Below are positions 52,103 through 64,000 of a stretch of DNA of 64,000 bases, in pieces (positions within the stretch are counted from its first letter, which is position 1; each line of letters starts with the position of its first letter). Both the position numbers and the translations under genes were made by a program. Origin of the DNA: Azolla caroliniana (taxonomy: Eukaryota > Plantae > Polypodiophyta); contig JBHGNT010000011.1 of the NCBI GenBank assembly GCA_043228905.1, positions 8,866,001 through 8,930,000 of the forward strand, given 5' to 3'. Below the pieces are notes generated by a model. That model did not search any database and was not told where the DNA came from. It saw nothing but the letters and a program-made list of their open reading frames with translations.

Positions 52103-54673
52103 GTGTTGTTCTCTGTTTTACGCTTCCGCAAACACTTACGTTTACAAAGAGAAAGGGAAGAAGAAGGTGTCGGATTCCGGCACAGAAAGGAACGAGGGAG
52201 GTGGTGACGGGCCTTCAGGAACGAAGTCCACGTCGGCCGAGAAGACCTCGACATCGGCTAATAACCGATTACGCCGATCTACTTGCCAAAAGAACCTAGT
52301 TGTGCGGTTTGGATACAACGAGTACATGGCGCATCACTATGCGTACATGACCTGTGTAGCGGAACTGCGTGAGCCGGGGAGCTACGCAGAAGCGGCGAAG
52401 GACGCGAATTGGCGCGCCGCGATGGAGGAAGAGATGCACGCATTGGCGGAAAACAAGACCTGGGATCTAGTTGACGCACCGAAGGGTGTGAAGCCGATCG
52501 GATGTAGGTGGGTGTTCAAGGTCAAGTACAACACCGACGGCTCGGTCAACCGATACAAGGCCCGGTTAGTGGCAAAAGGCTACACGCAGAAACACGGCAT
52601 CGACTACGATGAGACGTTCGCACCGGTCGCAAAGATGACGACCGTCCGTGTTTTGCTCGCAGTAGTCGCGGCCAAGGGGTGGCACCTACATCAGATGGAT
52701 GTAAAGAATGCATTCCTGCAAGGTGAGCTTGAGGACCAAGTGTACATGGTACAACCCCCCGGATTTCACTCCGGACCGAACACATCGGCAGTATGCCGAT
52801 TGAAGAAGTCTCTTTACGGACTGAAGCAAGCCCTGCGTGCCTGGAATGCAAAAATCACGCATCGACTGCGTCGGATGGGCTTTGCGACGTCAAAATCGGA
52901 CTCCTCGTTGTTCATTCGGAAAGGTTGACTCGGGCCGGTCAGTATTTTACTCTATGTTGATGACATGGTCATCACCGGAGCCGACCTAGGTGAGATCAAC
53001 CGCGTGAAGCTCCAGCTTGCGACATCATTCGACATGAAGGATCTTGGGGACCTTCATTACTTCCTCGGGATCGAAGTGATCCGCACCCCCGAAGGCATAC
53101 TAATCAGCCAACGTCATTACATGTTGAATATGCTCTTCAAATTCGGGATGGCAGACTGTAAGTCCGTCTCGACTCCTCTGGACAGAACTGTCAAGCTTCG
53201 CCCCAATTCCGGCAAGGTTTGCGATCCGACAAGGTTCCGACAAGTTGTCGGAAGCCTTATCTACTTGACCATCACCTGACCCAATCTCAGTTATCCGGTC
53301 GGGGTGATCAGTCAGTTCATGGCGCGACCTACCGAGGAGCACCTTCAATGTGCGCAACGCGTACTGCGGTACGTAAGAGGCACTAAGGACCGCGGACTGT
53401 TATATCGGACCGATACAACCCCGCAGTTGGTCGGCTACACTGATGTCGACTAGGCCGGCAATGTCGCCGATCGCCGATCCACGTCCGGACATGCGTTCTC
53501 TCTTGGGAGTGCCGCGATAGCGTGGAGTAGCAAGAAGCAGCCAACAGTTGCACTGTCGAGCACCGAAGCCGAGTATAGAGGAGCGGTTGTCGCAACATGC
53601 GAAGCCATTTGGTTGAAGCGGCTACTTAAGGATCTGCAGGAGGAGGTGTCCGATCCAATGACGATCTACTGCGACAACCTCAGCAGCATCCAACTCGCGA
53701 AGAACCCCGTCTTCCACGCACGGACCAAGCACATTGAGGTGCACTACCATTTTGTCCGTGAGCGTGTCCTTTCTGGTGAAGTCGAACAGGAGCGGAAAAG
53801 ACCTCGAATCGGCTGAAGAAGCCGAGAGCGGATCCGCGAAAGAGTCCAAAAGCCGACACAAGGGGAGTATCTGAAAGAAAGAGCCAAAGCCAACCAAGCA
53901 TGGGGGAGATGACGCCATCAAGGGCGAGAAGACCGGAGACGAGTTGGAGACAGCCAACTCAGATGAGAGCACGGACGAGAGCGAAAACCGATCGGAGGTA
54001 GCCGAGTCGGTTCGGATGTTTGATTCAGATACACTGAATCAACTGAGGGCCAAGCGGAAAAGAAGGCAGCAGCAGAAGCGCCAACACCGCGATAGCAAGG
54101 GACCTGTGAAGGGCCGTGGGAGTAGACAAGCCGACCAGAAGGGTCGAAGCGCGCGAAGTCGAACAGGCCGAGGAGCGCGAGCGAGGCGTTGAGCTAGGAG
54201 AAGCCGGAGCGTAGGTCCGGCAGAGCAAGCGGAACCTCAAGTTGAGCTTGAGGGGGAGTGTTGAGAGACAAGCTCAACATTTGTGTGTAATATGATGCGT
54301 AACCAGTGCGTAGACTGGGTGCATAAAACCGGTACGCAGACCGGTGCGTAGAAAGGCCGTATCGGTGCGTAGACCGAAAGGCCGTTAGAAAGATATTCCT
54401 CGTAAGGAATAGTTTTGGGAGTAAGTGTCGAGGCTCATTTATGAGCAGTCAAGTACTGTCAGTACTTGTGTCAGCCCATTGTCAGGGCTTGTATAAAAGT
54501 GCTCACTGAGCACATCCTATGTACAGATTGAGTATTATTTTTCGAATTTAAGTTCTTTTGTTACTCTCTCTCTGTCTTCCCCCGTGTGTACTGTGAAGAC
54601 CTAAGCTTTCCATTAAACCTGCGTTTTCTGTTGTTCGGTTTTCCTATATTGCTTCCGCACGCCATTCTTTTCA

Positions 54674-55829
54674 ATAAGCAGCATGCAGCTCGCCAAGAAC
54701 CCCGTATTCCATGCTCGCACAAAGCACATAGAAGTGCACTACCACTTCGTGTGTGAGCATGTCCTGAGTGGTGAAGTCGAACTTCGGTATGTTCATACGA
54801 ATCGGCAAGTTGCCAACATCATTACCAAACCTCTCAGATCAGACAAGTTGTAGCACTTCACCAAAATGCTTGGTGTTCAACATCTCGACGTGCCACACTT
54901 GAGGGGGAGAACGGGCAAAGACACAGAAATGGACAAAGGCAAAGAAACTGTCGATTGCGTCGGTGAGGGAAGAACCGACAGAGGGAGAGACAAGAAGAAG
55001 AAAGGAGCTGAGACGACAAAGGAAGTTGACACATCCGAACAAGTCGAAACAAGCGGCAGTGGTGGCAGAGTCAAGAAGGATAGAGCCGACCGGAAGAAGA
55101 AGGCCAAGACCTGGACATGGTCTGATGTAGTGAAGGGCCTGGAACCGGAAGACGAATCGGGAGTGACCAATTCGGATAAGAGCTGGAACGAATCGGAGAC
55201 AGTCGATTCGGTTCAACAGACAAATTCGGAAGAACCGGATCAATTCAAGGCCAAAAGGACGAGAAGGCAGCAAAAGTCGACGCCAACACGAAGGAATCGA
55301 GGAATCGACAAGCGTCGAAGTCACAACAGCAAGGGAGTTGATTTGGGCCTGTTGAGCAGACAAGCCGACCGAGGAGGTCGAGGTGCGCAGAAATAGAAGG
55401 GTCGCGGCAAACGAGATCGGACCAGACGAGGAGCGCGAGTGAGGCGGAGTGACGCCAGAAGGAGCCGGGTGGAAGGATCGGCTGCCATGGAGACTGACAC
55501 TACGATACAACCTCAAGTTGATCTTGAGGGGGAGTGTTGAGCAGCAAGCTCAACCGTATCCGGATTGGCTGAATAAGCCTAAGCCGGATCAGCATCCGAA
55601 AGGATGGGCCGGTGAGCTGGGGAGCCGGTTAGCCGGATCCATCAGTAACCGAAAGCCTAGTAGCAGCCTAGACTACTAGGTAGTTAATGTCTCATAGTTA
55701 ATGTTAGACGCTTGTGTGAGCATTGAAGTACACCGTACTTCTGTCAGTCCGTATGGACTTGTATGAAAGTTTTCGCTGAACACATATGATGTACAGATTG
55801 AGTATTATTCTGAACTGTTTTTTCAATGT

Positions 55830-55869
<40 letters not shown>

Positions 55870-55953
55870 ACGTACTGTGTATATTCAAGCTCTCCATTAA
55901 ACCTGCATTTCTGTGTTCGGTTTTCTACTTGCTTCCGCACGATATTCTTTACA
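54674..55953 (+). mobile_element. Copia L3, 3' end with PPT and 3' LTR 55535-55953
   Basis: [24 protein letters not shown] resumes after TSD ATAAG; GAGGGGGAG then TGTTGAGC...TTTACA. Confidence 0.9.
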
Positions 55954-56613
55954 TGCCGCATCAGGTGCTATATCGTTAGCTCCATCCACATAGCTCTAGT
56001 AACCATGCCCAAGTAGGTATTGGTGCATCTTGTATGACCAAGATGCGTAGTTGGATCTGTCAAGCTTCTCCACCGGGAGTGAGCTAGCCATTCCTCTGTC
56101 CATCACTTCTCTTTTTGTTCTTCCCGGGTCTTAGGGTTTGTCTTCAGATGTTGATGTCGTTGCAGAGGTTCTCAACCCTCGCGCTCTGATACCATGTAAA
56201 AACGAAGGTGAATACGCATCAAACAAACCGGCTCCGCCGGATAGCAACAGACAGAGAGATGGAGAGAGAGAGACAAAGAAAGAAACACAAAGTGTACGCA
56301 GGAGAGACTGAGAATGAGCAAAACGTTAAAAATCTATTACAAAACAATAATAGTTCACTCTCAATTTACAAAATGCTTCAACAGCACTATTTATACAAAG
56401 TCCTAAGACGACTGACAGAAGTACGGTGTACTTCAATGCTCACACGAGCGTCTGACACTAACTATGAGTCATTAACTACCTAGCAGTCGTGGTTGCTACT
56501 AGGCTTCCGGTTATTGCTGGATCCGGCTAACCGGCTTCCCAACTCACCGGCTCACCGATCCGGCTCATCCGTCCGGATGCCGATCCGGATCCGATTGAGC
56601 TTGCCACTCAACA
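55954..56613 (-). mobile_element. Copia L2, 5' part: 5' LTR 56195-56613, iMet PBS, gag start
   Basis: TGGTATCAGAGCGCGAG after the LTR; MDRGMASSLPVEKLDRSNYASWSYKMHQYLLGHGY. Confidence 0.9.
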
Positions 56614-58300
56614 AGACAGAATGCTACCTAAGACGAAATCCGACGCGTCTGCTTCAATGATGAATGGTTTTTCTGGATCAACATGCGCTAAAATAGGAGC
56701 TGATATAAATGCCTTCTTAAGACTCTCAAAAGCAATGTCTACTTCTTCAGACCAAACGAACGATTTTCCCTTCCTGGTAAGTTGTGTGAGAGGCAGATCA
56801 AGCTTTGAGTAATCTCGTATGAACATAATCAATTTGCCCTACATCGTTGCTTTTTTTTCTTCCGATAGTGGTCTGCGGCGACGTGTGGTGTCGATTTCCA
56901 TTGGAGTCGGAGTATTTGTTGGAGACGTATTGAATGCCTCCCTTGGCAAAGGCTTTGCTACGATTGAAGCGCAGGTGGGCTCCAATCTTGTTCGTGGCAT
57001 TTGGAACTGACATTCCGAACGTCGTTCAAAGAGGCGATTATCGCATCGCACCGCACGACTGATTGCTTCTATCAATGACTTTGGCTCCTCAGGGAAAGTT
57101 AAGAGTAAATGTTTAACATCATTACGTAGGCCAAAACGAAATTACTCCATTAGTGCATGGTCATCCCAGGGAATATCGGTGGCGAGAAGACAAAAATCTG
57201 CAGCATAAGCCGAGGTCGGCCACTCACCTTGGCACAATCTTCGGATTTTGTTAATTGTTGTTCTAACATTGTCGGTATCTCCAAACTTGGTAATAAACTC
57301 TTCGAAATTATTTAATAAGGCAACTTTTTTCTAACAGGGGGGAGAACCATGCCAAAGTCGTGCCACTAAGTAAAGTGCCTACTGGTCCCACTCGTGATGC
57401 ATTCGTGGGATATCGAGAAGGATGCATTTGAAATACTAATCATACCTGATTAAGGAGTCCTCTAAACTGTGATCACGTTCCATCGAATTTCATGGGAAGG
57501 TTGATCTTGGGTTCTTTATGAATCCCTTGCGTATTGGGTCCTTGTTGCATCGATACTAAGGTTGCTTCGAGTTGTTGCACGCGTACCACTAGTTCCCCAT
57601 GTTGTTGTTGCGTTTGCTGCTTTTCTAAGGAGATTTGTTGAAGATCCCCCAACAATCGTTGATTTTCTTGTTCCAAAGTAAGGAACTTCTCTTTCAAGCA
57701 TTGCAACTCTGAGAAAACGGATTGATATTCTTGAGCGCTAACAGTGGCCATAGTATGAGAGAAAATAGGAATAAGAGATTAATATGAAGGGAGGGAGAAG
57801 TAAGAAGATAAAGGAAGAGAAGGAAGGAAAATGAAAATCAGTTCAAACTGTCAAGAGCAGTACTAAGACAAAGAAGTATTGTCATGAACAGTACTAAGAC
57901 AAAGAAGGAATTAGTACTAAAAGATGAGGATTAGTACTAAGGGAGGTGTAGAACTCTCAAGGGAAGGAGAGAGTGAGTGAGAGTGAGAGAGAGAGAGAGA
58001 ATGAGGATAACAAAGATATATATCATGTTAAGGGAATATACAATAGTAGCTAGGAGGCTTAAGACTAGCGTTGACCCGATTTGGTTCCAAATAATGCCTT
58101 GTACCTCCTTTTATAGTGTTCTCAAGAGTACTCCTGAAGTTTCTAGAATGTGCTAGAGAAATCTAGAATATACATCAATTTTCTATAGTAAAATCTAAAT
58201 GAAAATAATATCGTTTCGTATTATAATATATAGTCTAATGGTCAAGTGTTCGACCCATGTAATATAAGGTCATGGGTTCGATTCTTGCCATATCATGACA
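56614..58300 (-). mobile_element. Same chromovirus, 5' part: 5' LTR 57849-58300, gag, RT connection region (protease and RT core deleted near 56835)
   Basis: LTR matches 4258-4703; TSD ATCAT (4253-4257) / ATCAC (58301-58305); EADASDFVLGSILS continues as QQGDDEKLHP at 6644. Confidence 0.9.
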
Positions 58301-60770
58301 ATCACTAGCTTCTTGTGGCGAGTCGATCGTGGTAGCTTCTCATACGTTGATTTAGTGACCCTCTTGGCCGCATTTGACCTCAACTCTTGGGGTTCGTCCT
58401 TGCTCCGGTTGGTGTCGGATTCTCCCGGATCTGATGCACCCTTATCCATGCCTTACTTCGGCATCTTTAGCTTCCCTTTTTCCTTGCGCATAATATCGTC
58501 TCCTCGGTTCTTTGCAGGGGGATTGCACTGCCAAGTCGTCATTGCTCGCCGGATCTTCATTCAGCTGGTCATTCCGACTCAGCTCTTCATTCAGTCCACT
58601 CAGCATAAATGAGATCGGACTCTCTTCTTGAGTGCCGATATCTTCTTCTTCTTCTTCTTCTTCTTCTTCTTCTTCTTCTTCGATCATGTCGGCCTCACTA
58701 GCCTCATCGTCGAAAGTCGGGGGGTGGGAGTTGTCGGGGGTCGGGATCAAAAGAGCATACCTAGAAGGCGACTCGTTGAATACAACATCTCAACTCACTC
58801 GAACTTGTTTGGTCTAGGGGTTATAATACTTATACCCCTTCTGTTCATGTGAATAGCTGACCAGGATACACTTCTCCGACTTAGCGTCCAGCTCTTCCTC
58901 TTCTCATCCGGCACATGCACATAGGCAATGCTATCGAATACCCGCAAGTGTTTCAAGGTCAACTTTGGCCCGAAATACAGGTCATGAGCCGACATCTTCT
59001 CTTCGATCCGATTCTAGATATACATCGTAGTCTGAACCACTTCGGCACAATAAAACTTGGGCATGCTCTTCTCCTCCAGCATTGCCTATGCCACTTGGAC
59101 AACCGACCGATTCTTTCAATTGAATGTGAGGTATCATCACCGGTTTCGACGACTCCCAGTTGTTCCGATTTCTCTAAATATGAGAACCACTCTTCATGGT
59201 TCGTCATATGATTCAACGCTCCGGAGTCGACATATCACACCTCGTTCGGTTTCGAGGTGCTCTTCTTCATTGAATTTGCCTTGTGCTTCATCACAAAGGC
59301 TGGGCCCTTTCCAGTTTTGGGTCCTTCCGGCCCTTCGGCGTAGTGCAATCACTGCTGATTCCCATGTTCGCCTTTCCTCGATCTAGATTTATCCGAATTG
59401 GTCTTCTTTTTCTAGCACTCGCTTTCTTATTGGCCTTTTCGGCCACAGTACCTGCATTCCGTGTCGGCTTTCCCGTGTCGATTTCAGAACTATTGTCGGC
59501 TTTCCCTTGCTCGTGGAGGGTCCAGAACTATTGTCGGCATGTCGATTATGCCTCTGCTCTTGTCGGCTGCCACCATTGTGTGCCAATCCACCTTGTCTGC
59601 AACGACTACAGGGCTGATCCGCCTTCGTGTACAGCATCCGACAATCCAATTGTGTGTTCCACACCAGTGTGGTTCTCTTCGACCATGAGCGTGGATTGCA
59701 AGTCGAAAAATGATGGAGGTTTTTCCCTTGTGCAAATGGCCATCGGTCTGTACCTTTGTGCTAGACCATTGAGGCAAATCTGTATCATCTCAGCTTCGTC
59801 CACCGTCACATTGATGGACCCCAGGGCATCACAAATCTCCTTGATTTTGGTGGTGTAGTTTGTCACCGTCATATCCCTCTGTCGGATATTGTTGAGCTCA
59901 TGCTAGAGCTTCAATTTCCGGGCCATGGTACTTGCCACGAAAATCTTCTTTAGATTTCCCAGGCCTCCTTTGGCGTCTTCACATCTTGAATGTAGCCCAA
60001 CATCTAGTCGTGCACACAGGATGCAAGGAAGTACAAGACCCTACTTGTTGCTTGCTCTCAAACCGGAAAACCCTTGTGTGCCGAATTCGGTGCTACTTCA
60101 TTTACTCTTTCCACATAGCTCCACTAACCGTGCCCCAGTAGATATTGGTGCATGTTGTAGGACTAAGATGCGTAGTTGCTATGATTGAGCTTTTCGGTTG
60201 GAAGTGAGCTTACCATGCTTCTATCCATTTTCTTCTTCATGTCTATTCTTTACCGGGTGTTAGGGTTTGTCTATGTTGAACATCTGTCGGCAATAGAGGA
60301 TTCTCAACCTCGCACTCTGATACCATGTGAAGATTAGCGTGCGGAAGCTAAAACAGACAACCGGCTTAGCCGGACAGCAACAGAAAACTCAGAGAATCAA
60401 TGGAGAACACACAAAATACAAAGTACTTGGGAGAGACAGAAAGGGCAAAACACAGAAAAACTCTATTTCAAAATAACACTATGTACATACAATGTGCTCA
60501 AAGATCACTTTTATACAAGTCCTTAAAGGATTGACCGAAGTACTCACAACTACTTCAATGCTCATAATTGAGCTACTGAGACTAACTCCTCAAAATATAA
60601 CTTCCTAGTAGTCTAGGATCGTTGGCCTCTAACAACCTACCGGCTCTACACGGATCTGGCTCACCGATCCGGCTCTTGATCTGATCTAGGCCTAGCCAAT
60701 TGGTCTTCACCTGATCCAGCTCTTGACTTGTCCAACCGATCCAGCCCACGTTGAGCTTGTTTGCTCAACA
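58301..60770 (-). mobile_element. Copia L0, 5' part: 5' LTR 60326-60770, tRNA-iMet PBS, degenerate gag/protease, partly deleted integrase
   Basis: LTR TGTTGAGC...TTCACA followed by TGGTATCAGAG; reading RSTRHKKLVI joins RYDYNKY at 4257 across the chromovirus insertion. Confidence 0.88.
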
Positions 60771-61120
60771 AGAAGAATCAAAAGATTGGTGTTGATAATA
60801 TGCATGAGGTGGATATATATGATGTCAAAACATGATTATAGGGCTAAATATTTCATTCTTGGAGTTGCTTGTGATCCATGTGTAATTAGAGATAGGTAAA
60901 AAGTAACTAAACATGATCTTGATTGCTTGGGATGAATTATTGGAGATATTGTAAGTACCAATGTAGTTCTCAATGTCTCCAAGTTCTTAAATGGTGGTGT
61001 GGGAAAATGTGCAACCAATCTAAGTGAGCTAATTTAATTAATTAATTACCATAACATATGATTGACTAGGAGGAGAACATTAGGTGCTTAAATAGTGAAA
61101 GATAAAAGAAGAAGTCAGAG

Positions 61121-61121
<1 letters not shown>

Positions 61122-61157
<36 letters not shown>

Positions 61158-61373
61158 TCTCCTATTTTCCAGAATCGTCCTATTTCTGTATATGCTATGG
61201 TACATACATATGTTTACAGAGACATACATATTTAAGGGCCTCCATAACATGGCATAGAGGCCACTATATCGTTGAGAAGTCGCAGCCTAGAGACAGAAAT
61301 AGAGAGAGAAGAGAGTCTCTGTTATCTATCATCATTTCTATTGGGAGCAGCCACTATTAGATTTCGACACACA

Positions 61374-61416
<43 letters not shown>

Positions 61417-61691
61417 AAGGAGGTTTCATACACGTGACATTCCATTCTTCCAGAGAGAGACAGAGAGTACAAGTAGTAGATAGAAAGACATAAGATTTAC
61501 CAGAAAAGAGAGTGTGTAAGCAGTAAATGGTATCTATCATCATGCGAGATTGGGATAAACCTGTTGCTCATATCTATCATGGAATGGATTCAAAATCATC
61601 AGAATGCTAATAAATAATATTATTATTAAACGTTTGCCTTTCCCGTCGACACAACTTTCATATGTACATATACACCAACCATATATACTCT

Positions 61692-61730
<39 letters not shown>

Positions 61731-62540
61731 TGAAATGCTACGCCTAGGTGCTACCTACTAGTAATAGTAGTATGTCTGAGTGAGTAGTGGGTGGTGGTTT
61801 TGTATTTGTTTTGTTGGGGAGGGTATTATTAACTGCTTACTTGAAACAAAGTCATGATGATCACCATACATACTCACTATCATACCCCTACCTACCTACT
61901 CTGTGTGTGTGTGTCTGTCTATGTACATATATATGTGTATCTATGTATATGCATACATATTGATATAGTATATACATATATGTATGTGTGTGTGTGTAAA
62001 TATATATACAATAAATGCGGCATCATTAATCCTTCTTCCTCTCCTTCTTATTCTTCTTCTTCACTTTCTGGTGGGATTCCCAAGCCAATCAGGCCTCTTC
62101 CTCCTTCTCATAAACCACCACCACCATAACCCCCATCTTGCAATTTATTTACATACATACATATACTTCCACAGCTATTATTATTGTTATTAGCAGCAGC
62201 AATAGTAGCAATAAGAGGAAGAAGAAGAAGAAGAATGATAATAATAGAATAACAGATGGAAAAGGATCAGGAAAATAGAATGATCCTCCATCCCCCTACC
62301 TCCAAAAAATAAAACAAAGATAGGGATGGGCAGGCAGGTAACCTGCGTGATCATTTAGTTTACTTATCAGTCAGGCAGTCAGACAGACAGACCGACAGAC
62401 AGGGTAGTAGTAGTAGGCATTTGTGCCAACTCATTATGATTTTTTATCAATTAATGTAACCAAAACATTGATTATTACTACTATTATTGATAATAATCAA
62501 TCAGTCTGAGAGCGAATAATAATAATAATAATAATGATAC
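61122..62540. repeat. Cluster of (TA)n, (GA)n, (TG)n and (AAT)n microsatellites upstream of the GARP gene
   Basis: Runs at ~61123-61152, 61379-61412, 61700-61725, 62513-62535. Confidence 0.85.
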
Positions 62541-62875
62541 CTAGTCAAACAGCAAACATTAATTAATAATAAACACAATCATTTCTAACTACTCCTCCTG
62601 CTCCTTCAATTCCTTCAATCCCAACATTAGCTGTATATATATATATGTGTGTGTGTATGTAAACCTGAATTTCCATCCTGCGAATATCTCGATTATTATT
62701 ATTATGAGTGATAGTAGAGTATGTCTTACCTTAGAAAATTCCAATAGAATCTTCATCACACCCCACCCCACCCCAGAAGAAGCATGCTGATTAGGTCCTA
62801 TTATGCCACCCATTTCATCCAATTTATATATTACAGAAAGCACACATATTACAATCAATATAAATTGTTTTTAAC

Positions 62876-64000
62876 ATGACGGTGGCGACCAGCAGCAGCA
62901 GCAACAGCAGTAGGCGTATTAACACCACAGTGACTTATAATTGTACTAAGAATCGCAAGTACTCTTCCAGCAATAATGGCAGTAGTAGAGGATCATCCCC
63001 TGCAGCTGCTGCTGTAGTAGTTACAGCAGTAGAGGATCATCGCCGCCCTCCCTCGCCTGCTGCTGCTGCTGCTGCTGCTGCTGCCCGGCTGCGGCTGCGG
63101 CTGCGGTGGACACCGTCCCTTCATCGCATCTTTGTGGAGGCTGTCACTAAACTCGGCGGTCACAAATGTATGTTATGTTACGTTACGTTACGTTGTAGTC
63201 CTAATGTTCTTAATTTTAAAGAATATCGTTCGTGATTATTGCAATACCAATTTCGTGAATTTCCATGACTAGAGCTATTTCATTATAAGCAGCTCCATTG
63301 CTTTAGCTAAATTTATACTAGTAGTAGATAGATAACTGATGTGATTTCATCGTCTAATTGATGTGATCCATCCAAGGCAGACGCAACCCCCAAGCAGGTG
63401 CTGGCTGCAATGAACGTGAAAGGGCTCACCATATCTCATGTCAAGAGTCACCTCCAGGTAAAAATTAGAATTTATAATTAATTGCAGCGCAGCTACTTTC
63501 ATGTAGATTGAGTTCAGGGGGTAAGGACATGTAGACAGACAGACTGACTGACTGACTGACTGACATTAATTAATTAACGCTAATTCCCTTGTGGGTGTAA
63601 GTACTGCACCAGATGTATAGAAGCATGAGCAACTGGGATGATAATATAGGAGGTTCGCCCATACTATCATCAAATGCTGCTGCTGCTGCTGCTGCTGCTG
63701 GTGTAGTGCCGCCGAACCACCAATACTCAATGGGCCGCTGCCACTGCTCCGCTTCTTCGTCTTCGTCTTCGTCTTCGTCTTCTTCTTCTTTGGCGGTGGC
63801 GGCTACTGATAGCGGCAGAGTAGTAGTCCTACCCTCCCCCTCCCCCTCCATCAGCAGACCCCTTCCCAGATCGTCACCGCCACAGCCCATTAATGCTACT
63901 CGTCAGTATTATGGGGGAGATGGCATTCCTACTGTAACTTCTACCGTGACACAAAAGGAGGAGGACTTCTTATTTCATTATTACTCGCCACTAACAACAA
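62876..64000 (+). CDS. GARP/G2-like MYB transcription factor (SHLQMYR class); exons 62876-63167, 63381-63457, 63613->64000; 3'-incomplete
   Basis: Spliced [54 protein letters not shown] with GT-AG introns at the positions usual for the family. Confidence 0.93.

Larger units (their letters stand above)
32614..52146 (+). mobile_element. Copia D (LTRs 32614-33024 and 51734-52146); gag-protease 33119-34198; integrase-RT-RNase H 48442-51733
   Basis: Perfect TSD AAGAG (32609-32613 and 52147-52151); PBS TGGTATCAGAG; open pol frame from YTRHTWIYL to the PPT. Confidence 0.93.
30695..54673 (+). mobile_element. Copia C (LTRs 30695-31111 and 54259-54673); internal parts at 31112-32613 and 52147-54258; gag largely deleted
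   Basis: Perfect TSD ATAAG (30690-30694 and 54674-54678); PBS TGGTATCAT; integrase ORF 31695-32447; RT/RNase H at 52.3-53.8 kb. Confidence 0.92.

Noticed and set aside
62876-64000. Calling the GARP gene KANADI
   Set aside because: It shares SHLQMYR but lacks the KANADI-type RMRWT/LTLAHV residues; no symbol assigned

Overview
Eukaryotic, plant-type genomic DNA. The retroelement families suggest a seed-free plant such as a fern or bryophyte, which is inference only. About 60.8 kb is one deeply nested transposon stack that can be rebuilt from LTR pairs and target-site duplications (TSDs): Ty1/copia L0 (-) > chromodomain Ty3/gypsy (-) > copia L2 (-) > copia L3 (+) > copia C (+) > copia D (+) > a ~7.3 kb AT-rich non-retroviral element > Trp-primed gypsy. 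Side insertions include a non-autonomous LTR element carrying a C2H2 zinc-finger gene fragment, an inverted heterodimer of two non-autonomous LTR elements and a nearly intact young copia. The most unusual feature is the 34.2-41.5 kb element. It has a DDE-like transposase with a C-terminal BAH-like domain, divergently paired with an intron-containing gene for a ParB/Srx-like domain fused to a prokaryote-type beta-class N4/N6 DNA methyltransferase; both genes are lightly pseudogenised. The only host gene is a GARP/G2-like MYB transcription factor (SHLQMYR class) starting at 62876 and running off the end. All family assignments come from motif recognition by eye; no searches were run.
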